Source: Pyrodictium occultum | GTDB taxonomy: Archaea > Thermoproteota > Thermoprotei_A > Sulfolobales > Pyrodictiaceae | Reading direction: 5' to 3' | Length of the DNA: 32,000 nucleotides | Assembly: GCF_001462395.1 (NCBI RefSeq) | Contig: NZ_LNTB01000001.1 | Location: forward strand, 1-32,000 | Shown here: piece after piece, positions 22,629 to 30,713 of the stretch | Layout: the number at the start of each line of letters is the position of its first letter | How positions within the stretch are numbered: the stretch's first letter is position 1 | Notes under the pieces: generated by a model | Told to the model about the DNA's origin: nothing | Database searches by the model: none | What the model saw: the letters and a program-made list of their open reading frames with translations, nothing else | Translations under genes and position numbers: made by a program

Positions 22629-24209
22629 ATGGAGGCTGCTGGGGCTGCAGTACTGCTAGGGCTACTGCTGCTCGCAGCCAAGGCTAGCGAGGAGGCTGCA
22701 GAGCGGCTAGGGCTACCCGGGTTTGCGGGCTCTGTGCTAGCGGGGCTTATCCTGAGCAGGGCTGTGACGGGGCTGGTTTCGCCGAGCGATCTGGGCCAGG
22801 CGTCTCTCCTCTTCATGCTCGGTATAAACTTCACGCTCTTCCTGGCGGGCGTGGAGGAGCTCTCGAACCCCTCGCTGCTCCGTCCAAGAGTGAGAGAAGT
22901 TCTCGTGTCCCTGCTGCTCCTCTCGCTATCGATTGCCTCCGTTCTCCCGCTTCTCCACGTGATAGCCTCGATGCCTCTCCGAGTAGAGCTGGCCTTGGCT
23001 ATAGTAATGGCTATGGTAAGCGCCGGGCCTTTGATGAAGATACTGCTCTCCAAGGGGACGCTCAGGGAGCAGGATGTAGCTGCTATGAGGATCGCGCTGA
23101 TAGCGGAGGTGGCTGGGCTGACGCTCTTCAACACTGTGGCCCAGGGGCTGAGCGTCGACAAGCTTGTGGAGTCCGCAGCGTTCATCATATTGATCTACCT
23201 GTTCGGGAGGCACTACCTGGACAAGTTCATGCTGTTCATAGAGAGGCACATGGCTGTCAGGGAGGCGCCCTTCGCTATAGTGGTCTCGCTCGTTATAATG
23301 GCTGGCTATATAGCCGAGGTGCTGGGCTTTAATGCCGCCGTGACCGCCCTGCTGCTCGGCGTCTCGCTCTCCGAGTATATGGAGCTACGCCCGCTCTACC
23401 TGGAGCGCGTGAGGGCGTTCACCTACGGGTTCCTCGAGCCGCTATTCTTCATAGGCATAGGCGTTAACGCTGCTAGGCCCGGCCTTCCCACACTGCTCCT
23501 CTCGCTAGCCCTCCTAGCGGCCTCCTCGGCGCCTAAGATAGCGGTAGCCATGCTCGAGGGGTTCCGGGGGAGGGAGAGCCTCCTCTACCTGGCTAAGGGC
23601 GGGGTTGACGCCGCGCTGCTCCTCACACTCCTCCAGGACGGGCTGCTGGGCTATGACGCCTACACTGCAGTGCTTATGGCTATAGTGGCGTCTACCATAC
23701 TCTCCTCGTTGTCGCTCCGCGTGACCGAGCGCCGGCCGGATATACTGCGGCTGAGGCTACGCGACGTAGACCTCCAAATGAACGTTATCCATGCCGACGA
23801 GACGGCTGAGTACGCGGCCCGGGTCGTCTCGGAGAAGGGGGCCGTTGTAGTAGTGGACGAGCACATGAGGCCTGCAGGCTACGTGGTTGCAGAGGATCTT
23901 GTAGGGGTTGATCCGCAGCTGCTCCGGCGCCTGCCCGTGCGCTTCTTCACGCGCACCGAGGTGCCTATAGTTACCGCCGACACAAGGCTTGTAGAGATAC
24001 TCTCAAACGCGGCCCTGCTCCACGAGCCTATAATAGCCGTGGTCAACGAGAAGGGGGAGGTGGTGGGCACTATAACGGTTAGGACGCTGCTCTCACTACT
24101 CATAGGCCAGAAGGAGGGGGCGGCCTCGCAGCGGCGTGGGAGGGGCTCGGAAGCGCCGGCCCCACAACATCCTCGGGGAGGGCGGGACGCTCCCCCGAGT
24201 TCTAGGTAG
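22629..24209 (+). CDS. cation:proton antiporter (CPA2/Kef-NapA-like) fused to a C-terminal CBS pair
   Basis: 526 aa. It is multi-TM with an N-terminal 'LLLAAKASEEAAERLGLPGFAGSVLAGLIL' typical of this family. The C-terminal ~130 aa hold two CBS-like repeats ('VVVVDEHMRPAGYVVAEDL', 'IIAVVNEKGEVVGTITVRTLL'), followed by a low-complexity tail. Confidence 0.83.
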   Translation: MEAAGAAVLLGLLLLAAKASEEAAERLGLPGFAGSVLAGLILSRAVTGLVSPSDLGQASLLFMLGINFTLFLAGVEELSNPSLLRPRVREVLVSLLLLSLSIASVLPLLHVIASMPLRVELALAIVMAMVSAGPLMKILLSKGTLREQDVAAMRIALIAEVAGLTLFNTVAQGLSVDKLVESAAFIILIYLFGRHYLDKFMLFIERHMAVREAPFAIVVSLVIMAGYIAEVLGFNAAVTALLLGVSLSEYMELRPLYLERVRAFTYGFLEPLFFIGIGVNAARPGLPTLLLSLALLAASSAPKIAVAMLEGFRGRESLLYLAKGGVDAALLLTLLQDGLLGYDAYTAVLMAIVASTILSSLSLRVTERRPDILRLRLRDVDLQMNVIHADETAEYAARVVSEKGAVVVVDEHMRPAGYVVAEDLVGVDPQLLRRLPVRFFTRTEVPIVTADTRLVEILSNAALLHEPIIAVVNEKGEVVGTITVRTLLSLLIGQKEGAASQRRGRGSEAPAPQHPRGGRDAPPSSR

Positions 24210-24236
24210 CACTGCGAGCTGCGATAGGGTCCCTCG

Positions 24237-24259
24237 TCACCGCCCCTCCCCCTAGGGGG
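24237..24259 (+). repeat. copy C of intergenic C-rich motif (TCACCGCCCC + CCCCCTAGGGGG palindrome)
   Basis: 'tcaccgcccctccccctaggggg', 28 nt after the antiporter stop. The perfect 12-bp palindrome is at 24248..24259. Identity to copy D is 23/28 when aligned by hand. Confidence 0.5.
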
Positions 24260-24433
24260 TTCAGGCCCGAGGACCCGGGAAGCCTCTTACGAGTAATCCC
24301 GGGGCCAGCGTCCCCGCCGGGATAGGGGTTAATGGGGCTCGGCGAAACCCTGACCAGTCATGGCCGCTGGAAGGGCGGCTCCTACTTGCCGGGTAGTCCT
24401 CACAGCCCCCGGGTGCTGGCCGCGCCGCCGGCC

Positions 24434-26257
24434 CTAATACCCCTGGGCGCTGGAGGCCTCTATCTTCCGTAGCTGCCTCTTGTACATCTCGTAGAGCTCC
24501 TTAGCTGTGGTCGCGTCCTCGGGGCCCTTGTCGGGCCTCCAGCGTATGAACCTCGGGAACCTTATCGATATGCCGGCCCCCTTCCTCACCCATCCATAGC
24601 AGCAGGTGTGTATCGGGCTGAGAGTCAGCTCAGCGCCTATGATCTCGGCCACAAGCGCCGGCTCAACCCATACGTCGGGCTTCAGCTGGCTGTCAACACG
24701 GGCCGGCTTGCGGTCACGTATGTAGGGCTTCAGTATGTCGCCGAGCTTGTCCAGGTCCTCGTCGGTGAAACCGCTGCCAACCTTACAGACGCTCTTGAAC
24801 GTGTCCGTGTCGGGGTCGTAGGCCGCCATGAGCAGGGCGCCGAACTTGCCGCCGCGCCTGCCCTTGCCGTAGAACGCGCCTATAACCACTAGGTCCACGG
24901 TGTCGCTCATTTCTGACTTGTAGTCGCGCTTGTATTTTATCCAGAGCCAGCCTCTGGAGCCGGCCTGGTAGATGCTGCGCTCGTGCATGGCCTTCGCCAT
25001 GACGCCTTCGGCGCCGTTCTCTATGGCCTCGAGGAAGAACTTCTCCAGCTCCTCGGGGCTGCTTGTCACTATCCCCTTGGCTAGCTGCCACGTGTCGCTG
25101 GGCTCTATTATCTTCTCGAGGATCTCGTGCCTAGCGGGCAGGGGTTTTACGGTTAGATCCTCGCCGTCCACGTATATGGTGTCGAATAGGAATACTGCGA
25201 CGGGTATCTCGGAGAGCACCACGTGTATGTCGTGCTTACGCCTCCTATGCATGAGGACCTGGAAGGGCCGCAGCTCCCCGGTCTCCGGGTCTATTGCTAC
25301 TATCTCGCCCTCTACTATAGCCTCGCTGGCCTTTATCCCCTTCCTGGCCATCTCTACTACGTCTGGGTACATGTAGGTTATGTTCTCGAGCCTACGGGAG
25401 AATATCCATATCTTTTCTCCCTTCTTGTGTATCTGCGCCCGCTCACCGTCATACTTGTACTCGACCAGCGCCCTCCCGCCGAGCTTGCGGAGTATCTCCG
25501 CCGGGTCGTTCAGCCTCTCCGCCAGCATGGGGCGTACGGGTATACCTACCTCCGGCTTCACATGCTTCAGCTCCTCTATGCCCTTGGTGGCCAGTATCTT
25601 AGCTATCATGCCGAGGTCCGCGCGGAGGTTGTAAGCCCTCTCCACTATACTCCTCATCGAGGCGCTGCCTGCGTAGACAGCGGCTAGGGCGTCCATGATA
25701 GTAGCGTCGCCGACTCCGAGCCTCAGCTTGCCCTCCACGAACCTGGCTATGTACTTGGCCTCCTTGGGGGAGGCCTCTGCCAGGAGGCCGGCGAGAAGCT
25801 TCAGCTTTATCTCGCGGCTCCCCTCGCCCTGTGCCATGGCTATTTTGGCCAGCGTATCGTACACCTTCTCAACCGTCAGCCCCGTCTGCTGCCCACCTGG
25901 GGCCTTCATGAAGGCTAGGAGGCCCACCGCCTGCGTCTTCTTAGCCTTCTCAGCCTTCACCTTCTCTATGGCGCGGCCTATGTCCCCGAGCTTCTTAGCC
26001 AGCTGCTCCAGCTGGGGCTCGGATACGTGGAGCGCTATAGATGCAGCCTTTATCAGCAGCTTCTCCCCCACGCCCAGCTCGGGGAGCCCCTTCCAGTCCG
26101 GCCACAGCTTACCCTGGAGGAAGTAGACCACTTTATCCACAACATCTGGCGGCGTCTTCTTGAACAGCTCTACCAGGTAGAGGAGCATCTGGGTACGCGC
26201 TGTAACCCTCTCAAGCTTCTCAAAGGTATCAGCGAGTATGGAGAACGGCATGGGCAT
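24434..26257 (-). CDS. lig: ATP-dependent DNA ligase
   Basis: 607 aa. It carries adenylation motif I 'EYKYDGERAQIH', 'GAEGVMAK', 'WLWIKYKRDY', and the N-terminal DNA-binding domain typical of archaeal/eukaryotic Lig1-type ligases. Confidence 0.95.
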   Translation of the reverse strand: MPMPFSILADTFEKLERVTARTQMLLYLVELFKKTPPDVVDKVVYFLQGKLWPDWKGLPELGVGEKLLIKAASIALHVSEPQLEQLAKKLGDIGRAIEKVKAEKAKKTQAVGLLAFMKAPGGQQTGLTVEKVYDTLAKIAMAQGEGSREIKLKLLAGLLAEASPKEAKYIARFVEGKLRLGVGDATIMDALAAVYAGSASMRSIVERAYNLRADLGMIAKILATKGIEELKHVKPEVGIPVRPMLAERLNDPAEILRKLGGRALVEYKYDGERAQIHKKGEKIWIFSRRLENITYMYPDVVEMARKGIKASEAIVEGEIVAIDPETGELRPFQVLMHRRRKHDIHVVLSEIPVAVFLFDTIYVDGEDLTVKPLPARHEILEKIIEPSDTWQLAKGIVTSSPEELEKFFLEAIENGAEGVMAKAMHERSIYQAGSRGWLWIKYKRDYKSEMSDTVDLVVIGAFYGKGRRGGKFGALLMAAYDPDTDTFKSVCKVGSGFTDEDLDKLGDILKPYIRDRKPARVDSQLKPDVWVEPALVAEIIGAELTLSPIHTCCYGWVRKGAGISIRFPRFIRWRPDKGPEDATTAKELYEMYKRQLRKIEASSAQGY

Positions 26258-26276
26258 GACTCGCGTTACCCTTACC

Positions 26277-26311
26277 GTAGTATAGCAAAGGAGCCTGCCC
26301 CCTTATAACGT
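26277..26311 (-). promoter_or_regulatory. ligase promoter region with two TATA-like boxes (TTGCTATACTAC and ACGTTATAAGGG on the - strand)
   Basis: The proximal box is centred about 25 nt from ATG 26257, consistent with a leaderless transcript. The distal box would give a leader of about 23 nt. Confidence 0.45.
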
Positions 26312-26331
26312 GCCGGGGGCGAGGGCCAGGG

Positions 26332-26838
26332 CTAGCGCCTAGAGAGCCGGTGCATATAGACCCTCTCAACAGGCTCGGGGGCCCGGAGCGGCTTCTCCTC
26401 GGGATCCCTCCCCTCAACAGCCTCCACGATACGGCGGTATAGGCGGTAGACATCGCTGTAGGAGAGGCCACCGCAGGCGCTGCTGCAGCAGGTTATCCTA
26501 ACGTTGCCCGCCTCATAGCGGTCGCCGGCCTCGCCGCTGCTATGGACGACTACTAGCTCGACACGGTCTGGCCTCAGGCCCAGGCTCTCCAGGCTCCGGG
26601 CGAGCTCGGGGGCCTCGAGGTAGATCAGCTCCACAGGCGCGTCGGGGGCCTGGAGCCTCCCGGCCACACGGTAGCCCGGGGGTATGCCGTCGAGCTTCCT
26701 GTACACGTCTATAGAGAGTACCGTACAGCCCCCGGCACGCACGACCAGCACGCGTCGGAAGTTCTCGTACCAGTACTCCGTTACCCCTCTCCAGGCCTCC
26801 ACTATGCTTGGATGCTCAGCCGCCGGGGGGACAGGCAT
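26332..26838 (-). CDS. hypothetical protein
   Basis: 168-aa ORF with an ATG start and composition like its neighbours. It contains 'ITCCSSACGG'. No family recognised. Confidence 0.55.
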   Translation of the reverse strand: MPVPPAAEHPSIVEAWRGVTEYWYENFRRVLVVRAGGCTVLSIDVYRKLDGIPPGYRVAGRLQAPDAPVELIYLEAPELARSLESLGLRPDRVELVVVHSSGEAGDRYEAGNVRITCCSSACGGLSYSDVYRLYRRIVEAVEGRDPEEKPLRAPEPVERVYMHRLSRR

Positions 26839-26935
26839 ACGCGTCCACCGTGCCCTGGAGCGCAGCCGGGGTGGGCGCGGGAGAAAGAGGGGCCGCGGGG
26901 CCGGGGCTGTAGCCCAAGCATCTAGGCGGTAGGGG

Positions 26936-27181
26936 CTAGCGGCGTTTCTGCGCTATCCAGGGGGTTATGGGCTGCAGCTCGCGGCCGCAGAACGGGCAGC
27001 GGTAGTGGAGCCTCTTGGCATCGGCCGCGCAGAAGTAGGCCCCATAGCGGTCACGGCAGTGGGGGCAGACGTATACTATGTCGAGCGTTATATCGAGCTT
27101 CTTGGCGCATATCCTACACTTTACCTCGACCCAGCCCCGGTGGCCGACCGCGTTTATCCCCTTGAGCCCTGCCGTGGACAA
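26936..27181 (-). CDS. small zinc-ribbon protein (three CxxC pairs)
   Basis: 81 aa with 'CRIC', 'CPHC' and 'CPFC' plus one more Cys. TTG start about 23 nt below a TATA-predicted TSS. Confidence 0.6.
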   Translation of the reverse strand: MSTAGLKGINAVGHRGWVEVKCRICAKKLDITLDIVYVCPHCRDRYGAYFCAADAKRLHYRCPFCGRELQPITPWIAQKRR

Positions 27182-27224
27182 CTCTCCACCGCACCCCCAG
27201 GGGCCCGGACGGCGGCAAGGACCG

Positions 27225-27235
27225 AAATTAATACT
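27225..27235 (-). promoter_or_regulatory. TATA-like box (AGTATTAATTT on the - strand) for the zinc-ribbon gene
   Basis: It is the only A/T-rich patch in the 27182..27324 spacer. Confidence 0.45.
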
Positions 27236-27241
27236 GTGCTG

Positions 27242-27265
27242 CCACCCTGGGAGGAGGGGCGGTGA
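27242..27265 (-). repeat. copy D of intergenic C-rich motif (reads TCACCGCCCCTCCTCCCAGGGTGG on the - strand)
   Basis: Reverse complement of 'ccaccctgggaggaggggcggtga'. It lies 60 nt after the phosphoesterase stop and just upstream of the TATA-like box. Confidence 0.5.
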
Positions 27266-27324
27266 GGAGAGCGCTCTTCGCCGACGGGCTGCTGGGGAGA
27301 ACGGGCTGGGATTGCCGAGCCCCT

Positions 27325-27996
27325 CTACAGCGCCTCAGAGATCCTCGCAAGCTGTACGCGGGCCATGCCACGGCCCGGGTCGAGGTCGACCAGAGCGTAC
27401 CTTCCAGCCTCTAGGGGCCCGGGGTTAACCACGGGCACGCCCTCGACGCAGGCTGAGCCCCAGGCTTCGTGTATGTGGCCGGTAGCCACCAGCAGCGGCT
27501 TGACCTCGGCTATGAAGCTCCGGAGGCTGGGGCTGCCGACGTACTCTCCCCCGCGCACCCTGTCAAGCCCGCTCATGTAGGGCGGGGTGTGGGATACCAG
27601 CACGAGTCTATCCTCATAACCCTTCACAATGCTTCTCAGCTGCTGCAGCATCCTAGCAAACTCCTCCTCGCTATACTCAAAGGGAGTGCCGAAGGGGGTT
27701 GCCACGGAGCCGCCTACGCCGGCGAATACGAGCCCCGCCATGCTGACGGCCTTAAGGTGGATGCACTCCGCGTTCTCCACGCGTATCCCCGGCGACTCCG
27801 GGCTGTCGCAGTTGCCGGGAACCCAGACAACCGGGGACTGGGCCGCGAGCACTGAGAGCACCTCGCGGGCCTCCTCGATGGAGCCGCACCGGGCTATATC
27901 CCCCGCTACTACTGTCACGTCTCTCCTGATCCTGGCCAGGCGCCTAGCCTTCTCGACGGCCCCGTGTATATCCGATACTATGAGCAGTCTGACCAA
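27325..27996 (-). CDS. calcineurin-like metallophosphoesterase (YfcE/MJ0936-like)
   Basis: Motifs 'VSDIHG', 'AGDI', 'GNCD', 'VSHTPP' and 'GHIHEAWG'. 223 aa. Confidence 0.85.
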   Translation of the reverse strand: MVRLLIVSDIHGAVEKARRLARIRRDVTVVAGDIARCGSIEEAREVLSVLAAQSPVVWVPGNCDSPESPGIRVENAECIHLKAVSMAGLVFAGVGGSVATPFGTPFEYSEEEFARMLQQLRSIVKGYEDRLVLVSHTPPYMSGLDRVRGGEYVGSPSLRSFIAEVKPLLVATGHIHEAWGSACVEGVPVVNPGPLEAGRYALVDLDPGRGMARVQLARISEAL

Positions 27997-28109
27997 CCCG
28001 GCAGGCCACCTCCCGGGGGCTCCAGGCCCCCTGGGGGTGGTTGTAGTCTCGCCGGCGCACTACGCGCTCAGATGAGAACAGATAAGATCTACTCCTTGTA
28101 GGCAAGCCC

Positions 28110-28730
28110 TTGGCACGCACCTTCCCTCCTGGGGCCCTGGACCCGTGGAGGCGCTGCGACGTGGCGTGGCGCAACATAATGGCATCAATACTGGAGGCGG
28201 CGCTGGATCACATTGAGGCATCGTGCACCAGCGGGGAGGCCGACGCAGCCCGGTGCGCCAAGGCGCTAGTGGCTGCAGCAGACGCGCTTTACACCCCGCT
28301 GAAGCCCATAGACTCGGGCCTGGGAGAGGCTAGGAGGATAGCTACAAGCTTCGCCAGCCTGGTGGCCAACGTCTTCATATACAATGCGGCGAGCAACAAG
28401 GGAGAGGAGTTCATAAAGTCTGTAATGCAGGAGCTCAAAGAAACCATTAAATCCGATGAGCCGCTTGAAGAGGCCAAATCTATACTCGAGAAGGTCTCAG
28501 CAGCCATGCAGCCAGCTAGGCTCGACGACTCCCGCGAGGCTGTCTTCAACGAGGTTAGAGATTACCTGGAGCCGCCGCAGCCCGCCATACCCCGGAGGCG
28601 GAGGAGGCAGCCCAGGAGGCCAGACCCTCTCCAGAACATAAGGCGGCTCATACGGGAGCTGGGGCGCCGCGACCCGCTGCTTGCCAAGCAGGTAGCCAGG
28701 ATTCTGAAGGCACGCGGCCTACCCGTCTAA
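28110..28730 (+). CDS. hypothetical alpha-helical protein with an Arg-rich C-terminal tail
   Basis: 206-aa ORF. TTG 28110 is about 26 nt from an A/T patch 'gataagat' (28081..28088). ATG 28179 (MASILEAALDHIE) is the alternative start. The tail is 'IPRRRRRQPRRPDPLQNIRRLIRELGRR'. No family recognised. Confidence 0.55.
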   Translation: MARTFPPGALDPWRRCDVAWRNIMASILEAALDHIEASCTSGEADAARCAKALVAAADALYTPLKPIDSGLGEARRIATSFASLVANVFIYNAASNKGEEFIKSVMQELKETIKSDEPLEEAKSILEKVSAAMQPARLDDSREAVFNEVRDYLEPPQPAIPRRRRRQPRRPDPLQNIRRLIRELGRRDPLLAKQVARILKARGLPV

Positions 28731-28765
28731 GCCCCCCGGGCGAGAGGAGCGTGGTTTCTTGCCCC

Positions 28766-29887
28766 TTAGCTCCTGGAGCCCTGCTCCCCAGCCGGCTCCC
28801 GGTCTACAGCTAGCAGGTCATGGATGACGCTCCCTATGGCTATGAGTGCGGCGGCCGCAGCGTACTCTGTCGACAGCGTTATACCGGGAGCAACATCGAG
28901 CACGAGGTCGGCGAACCGGTAGACGCCCTCGGGTATGCCCTCCCTGGAGCCGAAGAGCAGGTTCACCCTCCTCCCCTTCCTGACCAGCTCTAGTATGTCC
29001 CTGGCCCTCTTGGAAATCGGGTCTCCCTCGGGCTCGAATACTATCACCGGCTCGTCATAGCGGCTGCGGACGAGCTGGTAGAGGTCCTGCACGTAAACCG
29101 GGACCCGGTGCACGTCCCTCCCGTAGCTCTTCCTCTGCACCTGGTACCTAGACTCTATGCCCTCAAACACGCCATCCAGGAAGGTTTTAAGCTGGAGCGC
29201 GTCCACCAGGCCTATCGGGGAGACGACCAGCTCTCCTACCTCGAAGTTCTGGACCTCCCTCCCTACCCTGACACCCATGGTGCGGCACGCGTCCAGGGGG
29301 CCGAGGTAGGGCATCTGGACTACCGAGAGGCGGCGGAAGAGCTTGTAGAGCGGGTACTTGCCGGGCCTCATCTTCCGCCATTCACGGGAGCCTGGGTAGA
29401 AGGCTATGAGGGCAAGGTCCTGGATGATCTCAACCGCTACAACCTTGTCGGGGTAGCGGAGGTTCACCTGCGCCCCGGTTGCCCGCCTCACAGCGTCGCC
29501 CACGACAACGTTCACATCTATGCTCGTGAAGCCATGTCTCCCGCGCCGGACGGTGCGCACTGCGAAGGTCTCACTGCTTGATATGAACCTGGGGGCTAAC
29601 TCGGCAGCTATCTCAGCGATCTTCCTGGGGTCCGCCTCTGTGCAGGCCTCCGCGACGACAACCTTCTCTGCCTCGGGCACCCTCTCCTCTATCTCCTTGG
29701 CCACCTCATACTTGTCCCTAGAGGGCTCAACTAGTACTAGGCCGCGGAAGCCGCGGGGAGAAGGCTCGACACGAGCGCCGGGGTCTATCTCCTTTACGTA
29801 GCTCGCAGCCACCTTCTCCATCCCCAGCACTGTCTTCATGAGGACGAGGTTACACTTGGAGCCCTGCATCCTATGGAGACCCTCCAC
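28766..29887 (-). CDS. THUMP-domain protein fused to a SPOUT-like methyltransferase domain (predicted RNA methyltransferase)
   Basis: The THUMP core is 'ETFAVRTVRRGRHGFTSIDVNVVVGDAV...VNLRYPDKVVAVEIIQDLALIAF'. The C-terminal 'VNLLFGSREGIPEGVYRFADLVLDVAPGITLSTEYAAAAALIAI' resembles SPOUT motifs 2-3 (trefoil-knot region). The SPOUT assignment is inference. Confidence 0.72.
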   Translation of the reverse strand: MEGLHRMQGSKCNLVLMKTVLGMEKVAASYVKEIDPGARVEPSPRGFRGLVLVEPSRDKYEVAKEIEERVPEAEKVVVAEACTEADPRKIAEIAAELAPRFISSSETFAVRTVRRGRHGFTSIDVNVVVGDAVRRATGAQVNLRYPDKVVAVEIIQDLALIAFYPGSREWRKMRPGKYPLYKLFRRLSVVQMPYLGPLDACRTMGVRVGREVQNFEVGELVVSPIGLVDALQLKTFLDGVFEGIESRYQVQRKSYGRDVHRVPVYVQDLYQLVRSRYDEPVIVFEPEGDPISKRARDILELVRKGRRVNLLFGSREGIPEGVYRFADLVLDVAPGITLSTEYAAAAALIAIGSVIHDLLAVDREPAGEQGSRS

Positions 29888-30039
29888 CCCCCAGGCCCAG
29901 CGCCCGTTCCCCGGGACGACGGTCTAAGCTTGTTCCGCTCCCTCTAGCTGTGGCAAAGGCCCAGAGAGGCGGCCAGAGCTATGGCTAGTGCACTGGAGGT
30001 ACAGGGGAGAATGTTGCACCGAGCCGGGCTGGCAGAGGG

Positions 30040-30044
30040 TAAAA
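30040..30044 (-). terminator. oligo-T (T5) tract downstream of the S3Ae gene
   Basis: 'taaaaac' on the + strand gives TTTTT on the - strand about 22 nt after the stop at 30066..30068. Oligo-T tracts are the usual archaeal termination signal. Confidence 0.5.
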
Positions 30045-30065
30045 ACAATGCGCTATTCCGGGCTT

Positions 30066-30713
30066 CTAGCGTATCTCGTACATTAGGGGCGACACCACTA
30101 CCGCGGGCTGCGGCTTCCCGTCAGGGCCGGGCACGGTAAGCAGCTTGGACTTGTATATCTCGACTTTGCGTAGCGGGTAGATCTTCTTGGCCGCCTCGAA
30201 TACCTCGTTGGCTAGCTGCCCGAACAGCATTGCCTTTATCAGCCCGTCTAGAGTCATCTCGGCGGAGCGCTTGACTATTATGTCTCCCATCACCTTCCTT
30301 ATAGCCCTCTTCTGGCTGGTCTTACACCTATAGGTCGTGAGGACCACGCCGGTTATCCTAAGCCCGTAGCCGTCCTTAGTGGTCACATTGTATATGCCCT
30401 GCACCTTACTGCTCTTCCTGCGTATGAGGCTCTTCATGTAGTCGCGGGCCAGCTCGTGCCCCTTGAACCTCGTGAAGGCCTTGAGGTTCTCCTCATCCAC
30501 GTCGATTATCTGGAGGTAGAGGTGAACATGGATCAGCGAGAAGTCGCCGGTTATGTCGTAGAGCGTGGTCTCCATCACCCTGCCTATGAGCTTGCGCGGG
30601 TCGTCGGCGGGGGTCGTGCCTAGGGTGACGCTACCGAACACCTGGGGCGCCACTACCTCGTACCACTTCTTGAGGCGCCACTTATCCCTCGTTCTAGCAG
30701 GCCTGCGGCTCAT
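30066..30713 (-). CDS. rps3ae: 30S ribosomal protein S3Ae (eS1)
   Basis: Near-colinear with crenarchaeal S3Ae as I remember it: 'KKWYEVVAPQVFG', 'TTLYDITGDFS', 'LIRRKSSKV', 'TKDGY...VLTTYRC', 'KKIYPLRKVEI'. Confidence 0.95.
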   Translation of the reverse strand: MSRRPARTRDKWRLKKWYEVVAPQVFGSVTLGTTPADDPRKLIGRVMETTLYDITGDFSLIHVHLYLQIIDVDEENLKAFTRFKGHELARDYMKSLIRRKSSKVQGIYNVTTKDGYGLRITGVVLTTYRCKTSQKRAIRKVMGDIIVKRSAEMTLDGLIKAMLFGQLANEVFEAAKKIYPLRKVEIYKSKLLTVPGPDGKPQPAVVVSPLMYEIR

